A DNA stretch of 62,337 nucleotides, the filler included. It is 5 parts of 5 records of this genome, joined end to end, with 100 filler letters (N's around TTAATTAATTAA, not from the genome) between each part and the next. Parts side by side here need not be neighbours in the genome. Positions count along the whole stretch, not along the records: positions 1 to 12,796 come from DRR723986_10739; 4 more parts are not named here. One strand, given 5' to 3'. Below, in pieces: positions 1-9,230 of the stretch. How positions within the stretch are numbered: position 1 is the first letter of the stretch; every line of letters begins with the position of its first letter. Below the pieces are notes generated by a model. The model was not told the DNA's origin. It did not search any database and saw only the letters and a list, made by a program, of their open reading frames with translations. Position numbers and translations under genes: made by a program.

Positions 1-64
1 CGGTCACAAGCCAAGACCGACAGCGATGTCCGCTTTGGGCTGACAGTAGCCTTTTGCGCCTCAC

Positions 65-1132
65 TTACCGCGTGGACGCCCGTTTTAGCAGGGCGATGGC
101 GTCAGGGCGGTCTAGGAGGGCTTTGGCGACGTCTAACCCGTGGCCTTCGCGGTCGGAGTGTTTCAGCAAGGGGCTGAGTTTTTCCAGCAGATCCTCGGGG
201 AGGGCCGGTTTGGTGCGGGGGTCGACCAGCATGGATTCAGCAGCGATGCCCTCGGCGTAGATGATGTGGTGGCGGTCGAACAGGATTTGGAAATAATCGA
301 CAAAGCCGCCGTCCATCACCGTGACGGTGTCGTCATTGACCAGATGGCGGGCCTTGACCAACAGCTCGGCTGAGCCAGCGCCGATTTGATCGGTGCGTTG
401 ATACACAAACAAGCGGTGGTCGGGGCTGACGGTCAGGTCGTGTTCGTTGTTCAGGGTTCCGGCCTGTATCACGATGGGGGCGAAATCACCGGTGGCGCGG
501 ACCGTGCTTTGGCCGATCCAGCGGATTTGCTGCACGCCATCGTCGCGGGTCAGGACCTTGTCGCCGATTTTCAGGTCTTCGATGCGGACCTGTGCGCCAG
601 ACCCCAGCGTGATGTGGGTGCCGCGTGTAAACGAGACACAGGCAACTTGGGCGAATTTCTGGCGGGCGCTATCTGAGTCCATGCCGACGAGGGAATAGTC
701 GGTTTTGGGGAGCAGCGGGGCGAGGGGCAGCAGGTAGACGTCGGCGATATGGCCGGTTTCATCAACCTCGACCAGCACCAATGCCTCGGTCGTGAGGCCA
801 TCGGGGGACATCAGATTCAGGGCACAATCCAGATGGATCTGGCCGCCGGGGCGGCCCAGTTCGGTGTCGCCCGCGATGTGAAAGCTGCCGTCGGGGTGGG
901 TCTCCAGCGACAGGCGGCGCAGAGTGGCACCCAGATCAAGGCCGTAGATATCGTCCAGCATCAGATCATCCATCGGCGAGATTTCGTCCCCGAAGTTGGC
1001 GCCGTTGATCACCGTAAAGGCATCGGCGCGGTAGACAGGGATGGATTGGATGGGGCTGATGGCGATCACGGGCAAAGTGTCTCTTGCTGTTATGGGTACT
1101 GGAAAACTGGGTATTCGGACGGTTTGAAACAA
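65..1132 (-). CDS. Hint-domain (Hedgehog/intein, Hint_2/BIL-type) protein
   Basis: ACVSFTRGTHI...IEDLKIGDKVLTRDDG...IRWIG...LTVSPDHRL...YFQILFDRHHIIYAEGIAAES follows the Rhodobacterales Hint_2 pattern. The start codon is uncertain and could be about 20 codons downstream. Confidence 0.85.
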   Translation of the reverse strand: MFQTVRIPSFPVPITARDTLPVIAISPIQSIPVYRADAFTVINGANFGDEISPMDDLMLDDIYGLDLGATLRRLSLETHPDGSFHIAGDTELGRPGGQIHLDCALNLMSPDGLTTEALVLVEVDETGHIADVYLLPLAPLLPKTDYSLVGMDSDSARQKFAQVACVSFTRGTHITLGSGAQVRIEDLKIGDKVLTRDDGVQQIRWIGQSTVRATGDFAPIVIQAGTLNNEHDLTVSPDHRLFVYQRTDQIGAGSAELLVKARHLVNDDTVTVMDGGFVDYFQILFDRHHIIYAEGIAAESMLVDPRTKPALPEDLLEKLSPLLKHSDREGHGLDVAKALLDRPDAIALLKRASTR

Positions 1133-1247
1133 GTCAGGTATAGCGCCAGATTGTGGCGGTTATCGGTCAGAGGTTCGGCGAAGTGCTGGCAATTGCTTTT
1201 GCGCTGGTGCTAACTCTGACGCAACAGCACATGCAAATGGAGAAATC

Positions 1248-2030
1248 GTGATGGATTTGGGAATTGCCGGAAAACGCGCATTGGTATCAGCCAGCAGCAA
1301 GGGTTTGGGTCTGGGCTGTGCCGAGGCTTTGGCTGAAGCGGGGGTCGACCTGATCATGACCGCGCGGGGGTCCGAGGCGCTGGAGGCGTCGGCGGCGGCG
1401 ATCCGGGCGGCACATGGGGTAAATGTGGTGACCTTGGCCTGTGATGTGACGACGCAGGAGGGTCAGGCGCAGGTGATCGAGGCGGCTGAGGGCGTTGATA
1501 TTCTGGTCACCAACGCGGGTGGTCCGCCCCCGGGCATGTGGTCGGATTGGGATCGCGATGATTTCATCAAGGCGCTGGATGCCAACATGCTGGCGCCGAT
1601 TGCGTTCATGAAGGCGCTGTTGCCGGGCATGATGGATAAGGGGTGGGGCCGAGTGGTCAACATCACCTCGCAATCTGTCCGCGCGCCGATTGGTGTGTTG
1701 GGTCTGTCGAATGCGGCGCGGACCGGGTTGACCGGCTATGTGGCGGGCACTGCACGTCAGGTGGCGGGCAAGGGCGTGACCATCAACAACCTGTTGCCGG
1801 GCATTCATGCAACGGACCGGGCGGTTTCATTGGATACAGGCGTGTCGACCCAGCAAGGGATCACGATGGCCGAAGCCAAAGCCGCACGCGAGGCGACCAT
1901 TCCGGCGGGCCGATATGGCACGCGGCAGGAATTTGGCGCGGCCTGTGCGTTCATGTGCTCGCAGCATGCGGGGTTCATGGTGGGGCAGAACATCCTGTTG
2001 GATGGCGGCGCAACCAACATCACGATGTAA
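1248..2030 (+). CDS. SDR family oxidoreductase (FabG-like)
   Basis: ALVSASSKGLG nucleotide-binding motif, DILVTNAGGPPPG, SNAAR and NNLLPG; GGAG RBS upstream. Confidence 0.9.
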   Translation: MMDLGIAGKRALVSASSKGLGLGCAEALAEAGVDLIMTARGSEALEASAAAIRAAHGVNVVTLACDVTTQEGQAQVIEAAEGVDILVTNAGGPPPGMWSDWDRDDFIKALDANMLAPIAFMKALLPGMMDKGWGRVVNITSQSVRAPIGVLGLSNAARTGLTGYVAGTARQVAGKGVTINNLLPGIHATDRAVSLDTGVSTQQGITMAEAKAAREATIPAGRYGTRQEFGAACAFMCSQHAGFMVGQNILLDGGATNITM

Positions 2031-2041
2031 GGGATGATCCT

Positions 2042-3133
2042 TTGAAAGATCAGTTGTTCAATGTGCAAAAGGTCCGCTATCTGGCGGGCCTTTTTGATCA
2101 GGGTGGCTTTGACGCGGCGGCGTTTGAGGCACGGGTGATGTCGCGGTTGCTGGATCTGGAGTTAAAGGCGCGGATGGCGTGGATTGCCGAGTGTCTGGCC
2201 GAAGCAGTGCCCGGCGATCTGCCGGATGTGGCCCCGGTGATCTTGCGCGCGCTGCCGCCGCCGTTGGATCCGGTCAAGACGGATGACGATTTCGGTGATT
2301 TCATCTTTGCCCCATTGGGCGATTGGGTGGCCGAGGTTGGGATCGAGCACCCGGAGCTGGCATTGGATGTGCTCGAAGAGATCACGCAGCGGTTTTCGAT
2401 GGAGTGGGCGATCCGGCCGTTTCTGAACCGCTGGCCCGAGGTGGTACTGGCGCGAATGCAGGCGTGGGCCGGGCACGACAGCTATCATGTGCGCCGATTG
2501 GTGAGTGAGGGCACGCGCCCTCGTTTGCCTTGGGGCATGGCGGTTGGGTTGGGGTTAAGCGACCCGCTGCCCTTGTTGGATCAACTGCATGGGGATGACA
2601 CCCGGTATGTCACGCGATCAATCGCCAATCACCTGAATGACATTGCCAAGAAAGACCCGGACATGGTGCTTGACCGTTTGGCGCGCTGGCGGAGAGCGGG
2701 GAATCAGCAGGTGGCCGAGCTGGACTGGATGACAGGTCATGCGTTGCGTGGGCTGGTCAAAGCAGGGCACCCCGGAGCAATGGCGGTATTGGGGTTTGAT
2801 CCTGAGGCGGATCTGGCGGTGTCGGTTGCAGTCAGCGGCCCGGCGCAGATCAACGGGGCCTTGACCTTTGACGTTACGCTTGAGGGGGCGGGTGAAGTGC
2901 CGGTGTTGGTGGATTACATCATCCATTTCATACGACCGGGGGGCAAAGTGTCCGCCAAGGTGCACAAGTTAAAACAGACCGTTGTCAAAGGCGGCGCGAT
3001 CGCCGTGACCAAAGTGCACAAGCTGAAAGGCAATGCGACCACGTTTCGGTTGGTGCCGGGCGTTCATCGGTTGCAAATTCAGGTCAATGGCGTGGTGCGG
3101 GCTGAGACGGAGTTTGATCTGTTGCAGGCATAG
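2042..3133 (+). CDS. DNA alkylation repair (AlkD-like/COG4335) family protein
   Basis: LKDQLFN, TQRFSMEWAIRPF, HVRRLVSEGTRPRLPWG and YVTRSIANHLNDIAK. The track ORF begins at 1643 inside the SDR gene; the probable start is TTG 2042 after AAGGGA. Confidence 0.8.
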   Translation: MKDQLFNVQKVRYLAGLFDQGGFDAAAFEARVMSRLLDLELKARMAWIAECLAEAVPGDLPDVAPVILRALPPPLDPVKTDDDFGDFIFAPLGDWVAEVGIEHPELALDVLEEITQRFSMEWAIRPFLNRWPEVVLARMQAWAGHDSYHVRRLVSEGTRPRLPWGMAVGLGLSDPLPLLDQLHGDDTRYVTRSIANHLNDIAKKDPDMVLDRLARWRRAGNQQVAELDWMTGHALRGLVKAGHPGAMAVLGFDPEADLAVSVAVSGPAQINGALTFDVTLEGAGEVPVLVDYIIHFIRPGGKVSAKVHKLKQTVVKGGAIAVTKVHKLKGNATTFRLVPGVHRLQIQVNGVVRAETEFDLLQA

Positions 3134-3267
3134 CAGGTCGATTAACGCCTTAGGGCGGGCTTGGCAGCGGGAACTGGTCACGCTTGTGTTAGGTTTCACG
3201 GCTAAGGATTGCGGGATGGGCTGCGAGACGTTAGCTCAGCAGCAACGATCAGGATGAGGACCCTCGG

Positions 3268-4311
3268 ATGAAACATGACTCTGTGCAGAACTATTATGGC
3301 GAAGTGTTGCAAAGCAGCGATGATTTGCAGACCAATGCCTGTTGTTCACCGGCAGACATGCCGGATCATCTGAAAAAGATCCTGAGCAAGGTTCATGACG
3401 AGGTTCTGACCCGATATTACGGGTGTGGTCTGATTGCGCCGCTGGATTTGACGGGGATGCGGATTCTGGATCTTGGCTGTGGGGCGGGGCGCGATGTGTA
3501 TGCCTTGGCCGCGATGGTTGGCGAAACTGGTCGCGTGGTGGGCGTTGATATGACCCCGGCGCAGCTGGATGTGGCGCGCGCGCATGAGGCGTATCACGCC
3601 GAGGCGTTTGGCTTTGCAGAAAGCAATGTGGAATTCCACCATGGCTATATCGAAAAGCTGGACGAGCTGGGTCTTGAGCCGGGATCGTTTGACATCATCG
3701 TGTCGAACTGTGTGGTGAATTTGGCCACCGATAAGGGTGCGGTGTTGCGCGGGGCGTATAACCTGTTGAAACCGGGCGGCGAGATGTATTTCTCGGACGT
3801 GTATGCGGATCGTCGGGTGCCACAAGCGATGGCCGAAGACGAGGTTCTGTACGGCGAATGCCTGTCGGGGGCGCTGTATTGGAATGATTTCCTAAACATC
3901 GCCAAGGCATCGGGGTTCAATGATCCGCGTCGGGTGACACATCGCCCGCTGACCATCGAGAACCCCGAGTTGGAAGCGCGAATTGCGCCGTTGTCGTTCC
4001 TGTCGGCGACCTATCGGTTGTTCAAGCTGGATGATTTGGAACCGGCTTGCGAGGAATACGGGCAGGCGGTGATCTACAAGGGCACCGTCGAACATGCGCC
4101 GCATGCCTTTGCGTTGGACGATCATCACGTGATCGAAACGGGCAAGGTGTTCCCAGTCTGTGGCAACACGTGGATGATGTTGAAAGACACGCGCTTTGCG
4201 GTGCATTTCGAATTCATCGGGAATTTCGACACGCATTACGGAATTTTTGAAGGGTGCGGCGGTGAAAGCCCGTTTTTACAAGAGTCTGGTGGCGAAGTCA
4301 GCTGTTGCTGA
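3268..4311 (+). CDS. SAM-dependent methyltransferase, ArsM/AS3MT-like
   Basis: LQTNACC, YYGCG, LDLGCGAGRD, GVDMT, IVSNCVVNL, YGECLSGAL and a C-terminal CC; GAGGA RBS. Confidence 0.85.
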   Translation: MKHDSVQNYYGEVLQSSDDLQTNACCSPADMPDHLKKILSKVHDEVLTRYYGCGLIAPLDLTGMRILDLGCGAGRDVYALAAMVGETGRVVGVDMTPAQLDVARAHEAYHAEAFGFAESNVEFHHGYIEKLDELGLEPGSFDIIVSNCVVNLATDKGAVLRGAYNLLKPGGEMYFSDVYADRRVPQAMAEDEVLYGECLSGALYWNDFLNIAKASGFNDPRRVTHRPLTIENPELEARIAPLSFLSATYRLFKLDDLEPACEEYGQAVIYKGTVEHAPHAFALDDHHVIETGKVFPVCGNTWMMLKDTRFAVHFEFIGNFDTHYGIFEGCGGESPFLQESGGEVSCC

Positions 4312-4378
4312 TGTCTTGCGCCTGAGGGGGCGGGTTGCTATCCCGTCCCAAGTCCGATGAAATTGATCGGAAAAGGCA

Positions 4379-5485
4379 GTGAGGCTTGCTTTGAGCGCTG
4401 AAATACAGGCACCCCGGTTGGAAATCCGCAATATCGTGCGTCAGTTTGACGGGCGCGCGGTCGTGGATGACGTGTCCTTGACCATTCAGGCGGGGCAGGT
4501 GACCTGTTTGCTGGGGCCATCTGGCTGCGGCAAATCGACGACATTGCGCATGATTGCGGGCGTCGAGATGCAGGACAGCGGCGAAATCTATGTGGATGGC
4601 AAGCTGATCTGTGACACCGTGTTTCGTGTGCCGCCCGAGCGGCGCGAAATTGGGCTGATGTTTCAGGACTTTGCCCTGTTCCCGCATCTGAGCGTGGCGG
4701 ACAATGTGGCGTTTGGTCTGAAGGGATCCAAGGCCGAAAAACGTGCGCGGGTCGAAGAGTTGCTGCATCGGGTGGATTTGTTCCGTTTTATCGACGGGTT
4801 TCCGCATCAGTTGTCGGGCGGTGAACAGCAGCGGGTGGCCTTGGCGCGTGCCTTGGCGCCGCGGCCGCGCATCATGCTGATGGACGAGCCATTTTCGGGG
4901 CTGGACAATCGGCTGCGCGACGGCATCCGCGATGAAACGCTGAGCCTGCTGAAAGAAGAAGACGCCGCTGTTTTGCTGGTGACGCATGAGCCAGAAGAGG
5001 CGATGCGTATGGCCGATGAGATCGCCTTGATGCGCAGCGGAAAGATCGTGCAGCAGGGTGCGCCTTATAATGTTTATACTCGCCCGGTTGATCGGTCTGC
5101 GGTGGCGTTCTTTAGCGATACCAATGTGTTGCGGGCCACGGTGAACGGCGCGCTTGCGGAAACACCCTTTGGTCAATTTCTGGCGCCGGGTGTGGCAGAT
5201 GGCACGGAGGTGGACATAGTGTTCCGCCCTCAACATGTGCGCATCGACTTTGACCGCAACGGGCGCGGACCGCTGCCAACCCCCAGCGATGGGGTGGCCG
5301 CGCGGGGCATCGTGCAGCGCGCGCGTTTTTTGGGCAATGAGAGTCTGGTGGAATTCCGCATGGACTTTGATGGCGCGTTGTTGCGGGCGACGGTGCCAAA
5401 TGTATTTGTGCCAGAAGCCGGTCGTGTGATGTGGCTGACGGTGCGGCGGGATCGCTGTTTCGTGTTCCCCGCCTCAGACGCCTAA
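4379..5485 (+). CDS. ABC transporter ATP-binding protein (Fe3+/polyamine PotA/FbpC type) with TOBE domain
   Basis: Walker A GPSGCGKST, FQDFALFPHL, LSGGEQQRVALARAL, Walker B LMDEPFS and VTHE. Confidence 0.9.
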   Translation: MRLALSAEIQAPRLEIRNIVRQFDGRAVVDDVSLTIQAGQVTCLLGPSGCGKSTTLRMIAGVEMQDSGEIYVDGKLICDTVFRVPPERREIGLMFQDFALFPHLSVADNVAFGLKGSKAEKRARVEELLHRVDLFRFIDGFPHQLSGGEQQRVALARALAPRPRIMLMDEPFSGLDNRLRDGIRDETLSLLKEEDAAVLLVTHEPEEAMRMADEIALMRSGKIVQQGAPYNVYTRPVDRSAVAFFSDTNVLRATVNGALAETPFGQFLAPGVADGTEVDIVFRPQHVRIDFDRNGRGPLPTPSDGVAARGIVQRARFLGNESLVEFRMDFDGALLRATVPNVFVPEAGRVMWLTVRRDRCFVFPASDA

Positions 5486-5502
5486 ACTGTCAGAGCGATA
5501 AG

Positions 5503-6558
5503 TCAGCCCCAGATATCCCCGATTGTATAGCCCTGCTGGAACGGATCACTTGGGTCCAGTGACCAATTGGCGGTGCCATAAATCCAACCTTGCCCCGATA
5601 GCGTTGGGATGATCGCATCATAGGGGCCGACATTGGTGGTGTCTTCGATCCGTCCCGTAAAGGTGGTGCCCATAGGGCCAGCGTTCACGTAATCCCGCCC
5701 GACTTCCAGTAGGCCTTTGGCGTGCATCACCGCCATTTTGGCGCAGGTGCCTGTGCCACAGGGGGAGCGGTCCAGAATACCGGTTAGGTTTTCGGGGCGG
5801 TTGGGGTCGAATTCGCCAGTAGACAACGTGATTGCGCCCAGACCATCGGTGCCGGGGGCCTTGGGCGGGGCGAACAGTTGCGAGATGGTCGGCCCGGTGA
5901 TGGCGGGGTTTTCGGGGTGCACCACTGGTAATTGTTCGGCGGTGGCCACGCGCAGGGCCTCGGACAGTTTCACGATGGCTGCGCCGTTTTCAGGGGTCAG
6001 CTCCAGCCCGAATTGTGCGGCTTCGGCAAGAACAAAGAACATGCCGCCCCACGCGACGTTAACCACCGCCTTGCCAAAGCCGGGCAGATCGATTTCAGCG
6101 TCCAGATGCATGGCAAAAGCTGGCACGTTGCGAAAGGTGACGCGGGTGACCTTGCCGTCTTTGCAATCGGCACGCACCTTAATCAGCCCGGCGGGGGCCT
6201 CGAGCGTCAGTTCAGTGACCGGTTCGACCATCGGCAGGATGCCGGTTTCCAGCAGGGTGGTCACGACACAGATGGTGTTGGAGCCGGACATTGGCGGGTA
6301 TTCGGTCTGTTCCATGATGATGAAGCCCGCATCCGCCGCAGGGTCACAGGGCGGCACAATCACATTGCAGCAGAGTGCGGGATTGCCACGAGGTTCACGC
6401 AGCATCAGCAGGCGCACATCGTCTGCGTTTTTTTGCATCCACTGCATTTTTTCAAACACGCTGTTGCCCGGCATATGGGGCAGGCCGGCGGTGATGACGC
6501 GGCCGGGTTCGCCTTCGGCGTGGGCTTCGACGGCGGTGATGATACGGGATGCGCGCAT
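5503..6558 (-). CDS. Proline racemase family protein (Ser/Cys active-site pair)
   Basis: HAEGEPGRVI, LREPRG, PPMSGSNTICV, VAWGGMFF and DRSPCGTGT. Confidence 0.88.
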   Translation of the reverse strand: MRASRIITAVEAHAEGEPGRVITAGLPHMPGNSVFEKMQWMQKNADDVRLLMLREPRGNPALCCNVIVPPCDPAADAGFIIMEQTEYPPMSGSNTICVVTTLLETGILPMVEPVTELTLEAPAGLIKVRADCKDGKVTRVTFRNVPAFAMHLDAEIDLPGFGKAVVNVAWGGMFFVLAEAAQFGLELTPENGAAIVKLSEALRVATAEQLPVVHPENPAITGPTISQLFAPPKAPGTDGLGAITLSTGEFDPNRPENLTGILDRSPCGTGTCAKMAVMHAKGLLEVGRDYVNAGPMGTTFTGRIEDTTNVGPYDAIIPTLSGQGWIYGTANWSLDPSDPFQQGYTIGDIWG

Positions 6559-6708
6559 TGGGGTTTCTCCTCTCCCTCAGAATTGTTTGCACGCTAACGC
6601 CTGACGGAGCGTTACGTCCAGCGTTTGTCTTGCCTGTCGGGACTGGCAATTATCGTCTGGCTGGGATATCCCGGCCCCAAGATCCATTGTCGACAGAAGG
6701 CTGCTGCC

Positions 6709-7842
6709 ATGAGCTTTGAAACACCCGGACCCGTTGAAACCACGTGGAGCGAAGCGATTTCGCCCATCGAAGAAATCATCAACGAGGCGCGCAACGGTCG
6801 GATGTTCATTCTGATCGACCACGAAGATCGCGAAAACGAAGGGGATCTGGTGATTCCGGCGCAGATGGCAACGCCTGAGGCGGTGAATTTCATGGCGACC
6901 CACGGGCGCGGCCTGATCTGTCTGACCCTGACGGAAGATCGCATTGACGCGCTGGGTTTGCAGTTGATGTCGACCAACAATTCGTCCCGTCACGAGACTG
7001 CATTCACCATCTCGATCGAGGCGCGTGAGGGTGTCAGCACCGGGATTTCGGCGCATGACCGGGCGCGGACGGTTGCCGTGGCGATTGATGCGGGTAAATC
7101 CGGCGATGACATCGCGACACCGGGCCACGTGTTCCCACTGCGGGCGCGGGATGGCGGCGTGTTGGTCCGTGCGGGTCATACCGAGGCTGCGGTCGATGTG
7201 AGCCGTCTAGCGGGGTTGAACCCATCGGGCGTGATTTGCGAGATTATGAATGACGACGGCACCATGTCGCGTCTGCCCGAGTTGGTCGCTTTTGCTCAGA
7301 AGCACGGGCTGAAGATCGGTACGATCAGTGATCTGATCTCGTACCGTCGTCGTCATGACAACCTTGTGCGTGTGACCAGCGAAGAGGTGGTCAACAGCGA
7401 GCATGGTGGCGACTGGACTATGCGGATTTATCGTGACGAGACACACGGCGACGAGCACATCGTGATGATCAAGGGCGATATTTCGGGCGAAGAGCCGGTG
7501 ATGGTGCGGATGCACGTGCTGAACGCGATGCGCGATGTCTTGGCGATTGGTGGGGCGAAACGCTCTGAAAAGCTGAGCAATGCGATGAACCGGATTGCCG
7601 AGCAGGGGCGCGGGGTTGTGGTGTTGTTGCGCGATGTGGATCACGCGGTGAAAACCGAAGGGGGCGTTGGTCAGGAAGTGTCGACCAAAGTGTTGCGCCA
7701 ATATGGTTTGGGCGCGCAGATCCTGTCGTCTCTGGGCCTGAGCCAGTTGACCCTGTTGACCAATTCGCCCGCCCCGAATGTTGTGGGACTGGACGCCTAT
7801 GGGTTGGAAATCACCGGCACCAGCCGGTTGGACGAGGAGTAA
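6709..7842 (+). CDS. ribB: 3,4-dihydroxy-2-butanone-4-phosphate synthase fused to a degenerate GTP cyclohydrolase II-like domain (RibBX type)
   Basis: DHEDRENEGDL, TAFTISIEA, TGISAHDRA, PGHVFPL, RAGHTEA and ICEI. Start taken at MSFETPG (6709). Confidence 0.93.
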   Translation: MSFETPGPVETTWSEAISPIEEIINEARNGRMFILIDHEDRENEGDLVIPAQMATPEAVNFMATHGRGLICLTLTEDRIDALGLQLMSTNNSSRHETAFTISIEAREGVSTGISAHDRARTVAVAIDAGKSGDDIATPGHVFPLRARDGGVLVRAGHTEAAVDVSRLAGLNPSGVICEIMNDDGTMSRLPELVAFAQKHGLKIGTISDLISYRRRHDNLVRVTSEEVVNSEHGGDWTMRIYRDETHGDEHIVMIKGDISGEEPVMVRMHVLNAMRDVLAIGGAKRSEKLSNAMNRIAEQGRGVVVLLRDVDHAVKTEGGVGQEVSTKVLRQYGLGAQILSSLGLSQLTLLTNSPAPNVVGLDAYGLEITGTSRLDEE

Positions 7843-7847
7843 GTCAC

Positions 7848-8399
7848 ATGGCCGGACATGAGCAGCATTACATCATGCCGCGTGCGGAATTTGACCGCCC
7901 CGTCAAGATTTTGATCGTTGTGTCGCCATATTACAAAGATATCGCGGACAATATGGTTGCGGGCGCTGTGGCTGAGATCGAAGCCGCGGGTGGCTCTTAT
8001 GAGATTGCCCAGGTGCCCGGTGCGCTGGAAATCCCGACGGCGATTTCAATGGCGGATCGTCAGGCGAATTTCGATGGATATGTGGCGCTTGGGTGCGTCA
8101 TTCGCGGTGAAACCACGCATTACGATACGGTGTGCAATGATTCGAGCCGTGCCATTCAATTGATGGGATTGCAGGGGCTTTGCATCGGCAATGGCATCCT
8201 GACAGTGGAAAACCGACCCCAGGCCGAAGTGCGTGCAGACCCGGCAGATCAGAATAAAGGTGGCGGAGCGGCCGCTGCGGCCTTGCATCTGATCGCACTC
8301 AGCCGTAAGTGGGGCGCTTTGAAGAAGGGCGTCGGTTTCAAGGCCCCTTCGGAGTCCATCCTGATGGCTGGCGATACCAACGGATCCACGACCGCATGA
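7848..8399 (+). CDS. ribH: 6,7-dimethyl-8-ribityllumazine synthase
   Basis: VPGALEIP, ALGCVIRGETTHYD, GNGILT and NKGGGAA; lies between ribB and nusB. Confidence 0.95.
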   Translation: MAGHEQHYIMPRAEFDRPVKILIVVSPYYKDIADNMVAGAVAEIEAAGGSYEIAQVPGALEIPTAISMADRQANFDGYVALGCVIRGETTHYDTVCNDSSRAIQLMGLQGLCIGNGILTVENRPQAEVRADPADQNKGGGAAAAALHLIALSRKWGALKKGVGFKAPSESILMAGDTNGSTTA

Positions 8400-8878
8400 C
8401 AAACGCAGACGCGCCCCTGTCGGGCAACCAGAAACGCAAGATGAAATCCGCCGCTCGGCTGTATGCTGTGCAGGCGCTTTATCAGATGGAACAGACCTCC
8501 CAGACCACCGAACAGGTGATCGTGGAGTTTTTGGACCACCGGTTTGGGGCCGTCTATGAAGGCGACGAGATGCAAGAGGGCGACGGCGCCCTGTTTCGCA
8601 CGCTGGTCAGCAATGCGGTGAACCATCAGGCGTTGATTGACCAGATGACTGACCGTGCCTTGGTCGCGAAATGGCCGATTGCCCGGATCGACCCCACGCT
8701 GCGTGGATTGTTCCGTGCCGCTGGTGCCGAGATGACGCAGACCGAGACGCCGCCCAAGGTGGTGATTGTGGAGTTCGTGGATATTGCGCGGGCGTTTTTC
8801 CCGGATGGCAAAGAAGCAAGTTTCGTCAACGCGGTTCTGGATCACATGGCGCGCGAGGCCCGTCCCGAATCGTTTTGA
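8396..8878 (+). CDS. nusB: Transcription antitermination factor NusB
   Basis: SAARLYAVQALYQ, WPIARIDPTLR, PPKVVIVEFVDIA and FVNAVLD; ATGA overlap with the ribH stop. Confidence 0.95.
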   Translation: MTNADAPLSGNQKRKMKSAARLYAVQALYQMEQTSQTTEQVIVEFLDHRFGAVYEGDEMQEGDGALFRTLVSNAVNHQALIDQMTDRALVAKWPIARIDPTLRGLFRAAGAEMTQTETPPKVVIVEFVDIARAFFPDGKEASFVNAVLDHMAREARPESF

Positions 8879-8908
8879 TACGTGGTCTGTAAAATTGGAT
8901 TAGCAAGG

Positions 8909-8946
8909 CACCGCTGTTTGCATTTGCAACAGCGGTGTTTCTTTTT
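8909..8946 (+). terminator. Intrinsic terminator of rib-nusB
   Basis: CACCGCTGTT...AACAGCGGTG stem followed by TTTCTTTTT. Confidence 0.8.
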
Positions 8947-8954
8947 GATTCAGT

Positions 8955-9230
8955 GTGTTCCAAGTGACCGCAGAGGGTCGCACAAAAATTGACGCAGGCG
9001 TCATTGAAAGACGTCTGCGCCAGAAAATAGCTATTACCACTCAAAAGCTTCCTGAAGACCACCACTCACAACAGAGGTTTCAAGACAGGACCGAAGATAC
9101 CCGAGCGAGTCTCAAATGGCTACTTATCGAAAACGATAGAAGGCTTTGCTGCGCATGTGGGCTCAAAAACATGCGAATGCCGCCAAAACGGTTAAAAACT
9201 GAGCGTTTTGTAGAGGGTGTGGGGGGCTGA
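8955..9230 (+). CDS. Possible small basic hypothetical protein
   Basis: 91-codon ORF fills the gap between the terminator and the LuxR stop and looks helical (IERRLRQKIA, LKWLLIENDRRL). There is no clear RBS and composition is more AT-rich than the flanks. Confidence 0.3.
   Translation: MFQVTAEGRTKIDAGVIERRLRQKIAITTQKLPEDHHSQQRFQDRTEDTRASLKWLLIENDRRLCCACGLKNMRMPPKRLKTERFVEGVGG

Noticed and set aside
1643-2041. N-terminal extension of the alkylation-repair ORF suggesting a frameshift fusion with the SDR
   Set aside because: The extension is low-complexity off-frame SDR sequence, the SDR ends normally, and a TTG start with an RBS exists at 2042.
6560-6708. Possible FMN riboswitch before ribB
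   Set aside because: The interval is short and shows no RFN conserved blocks.
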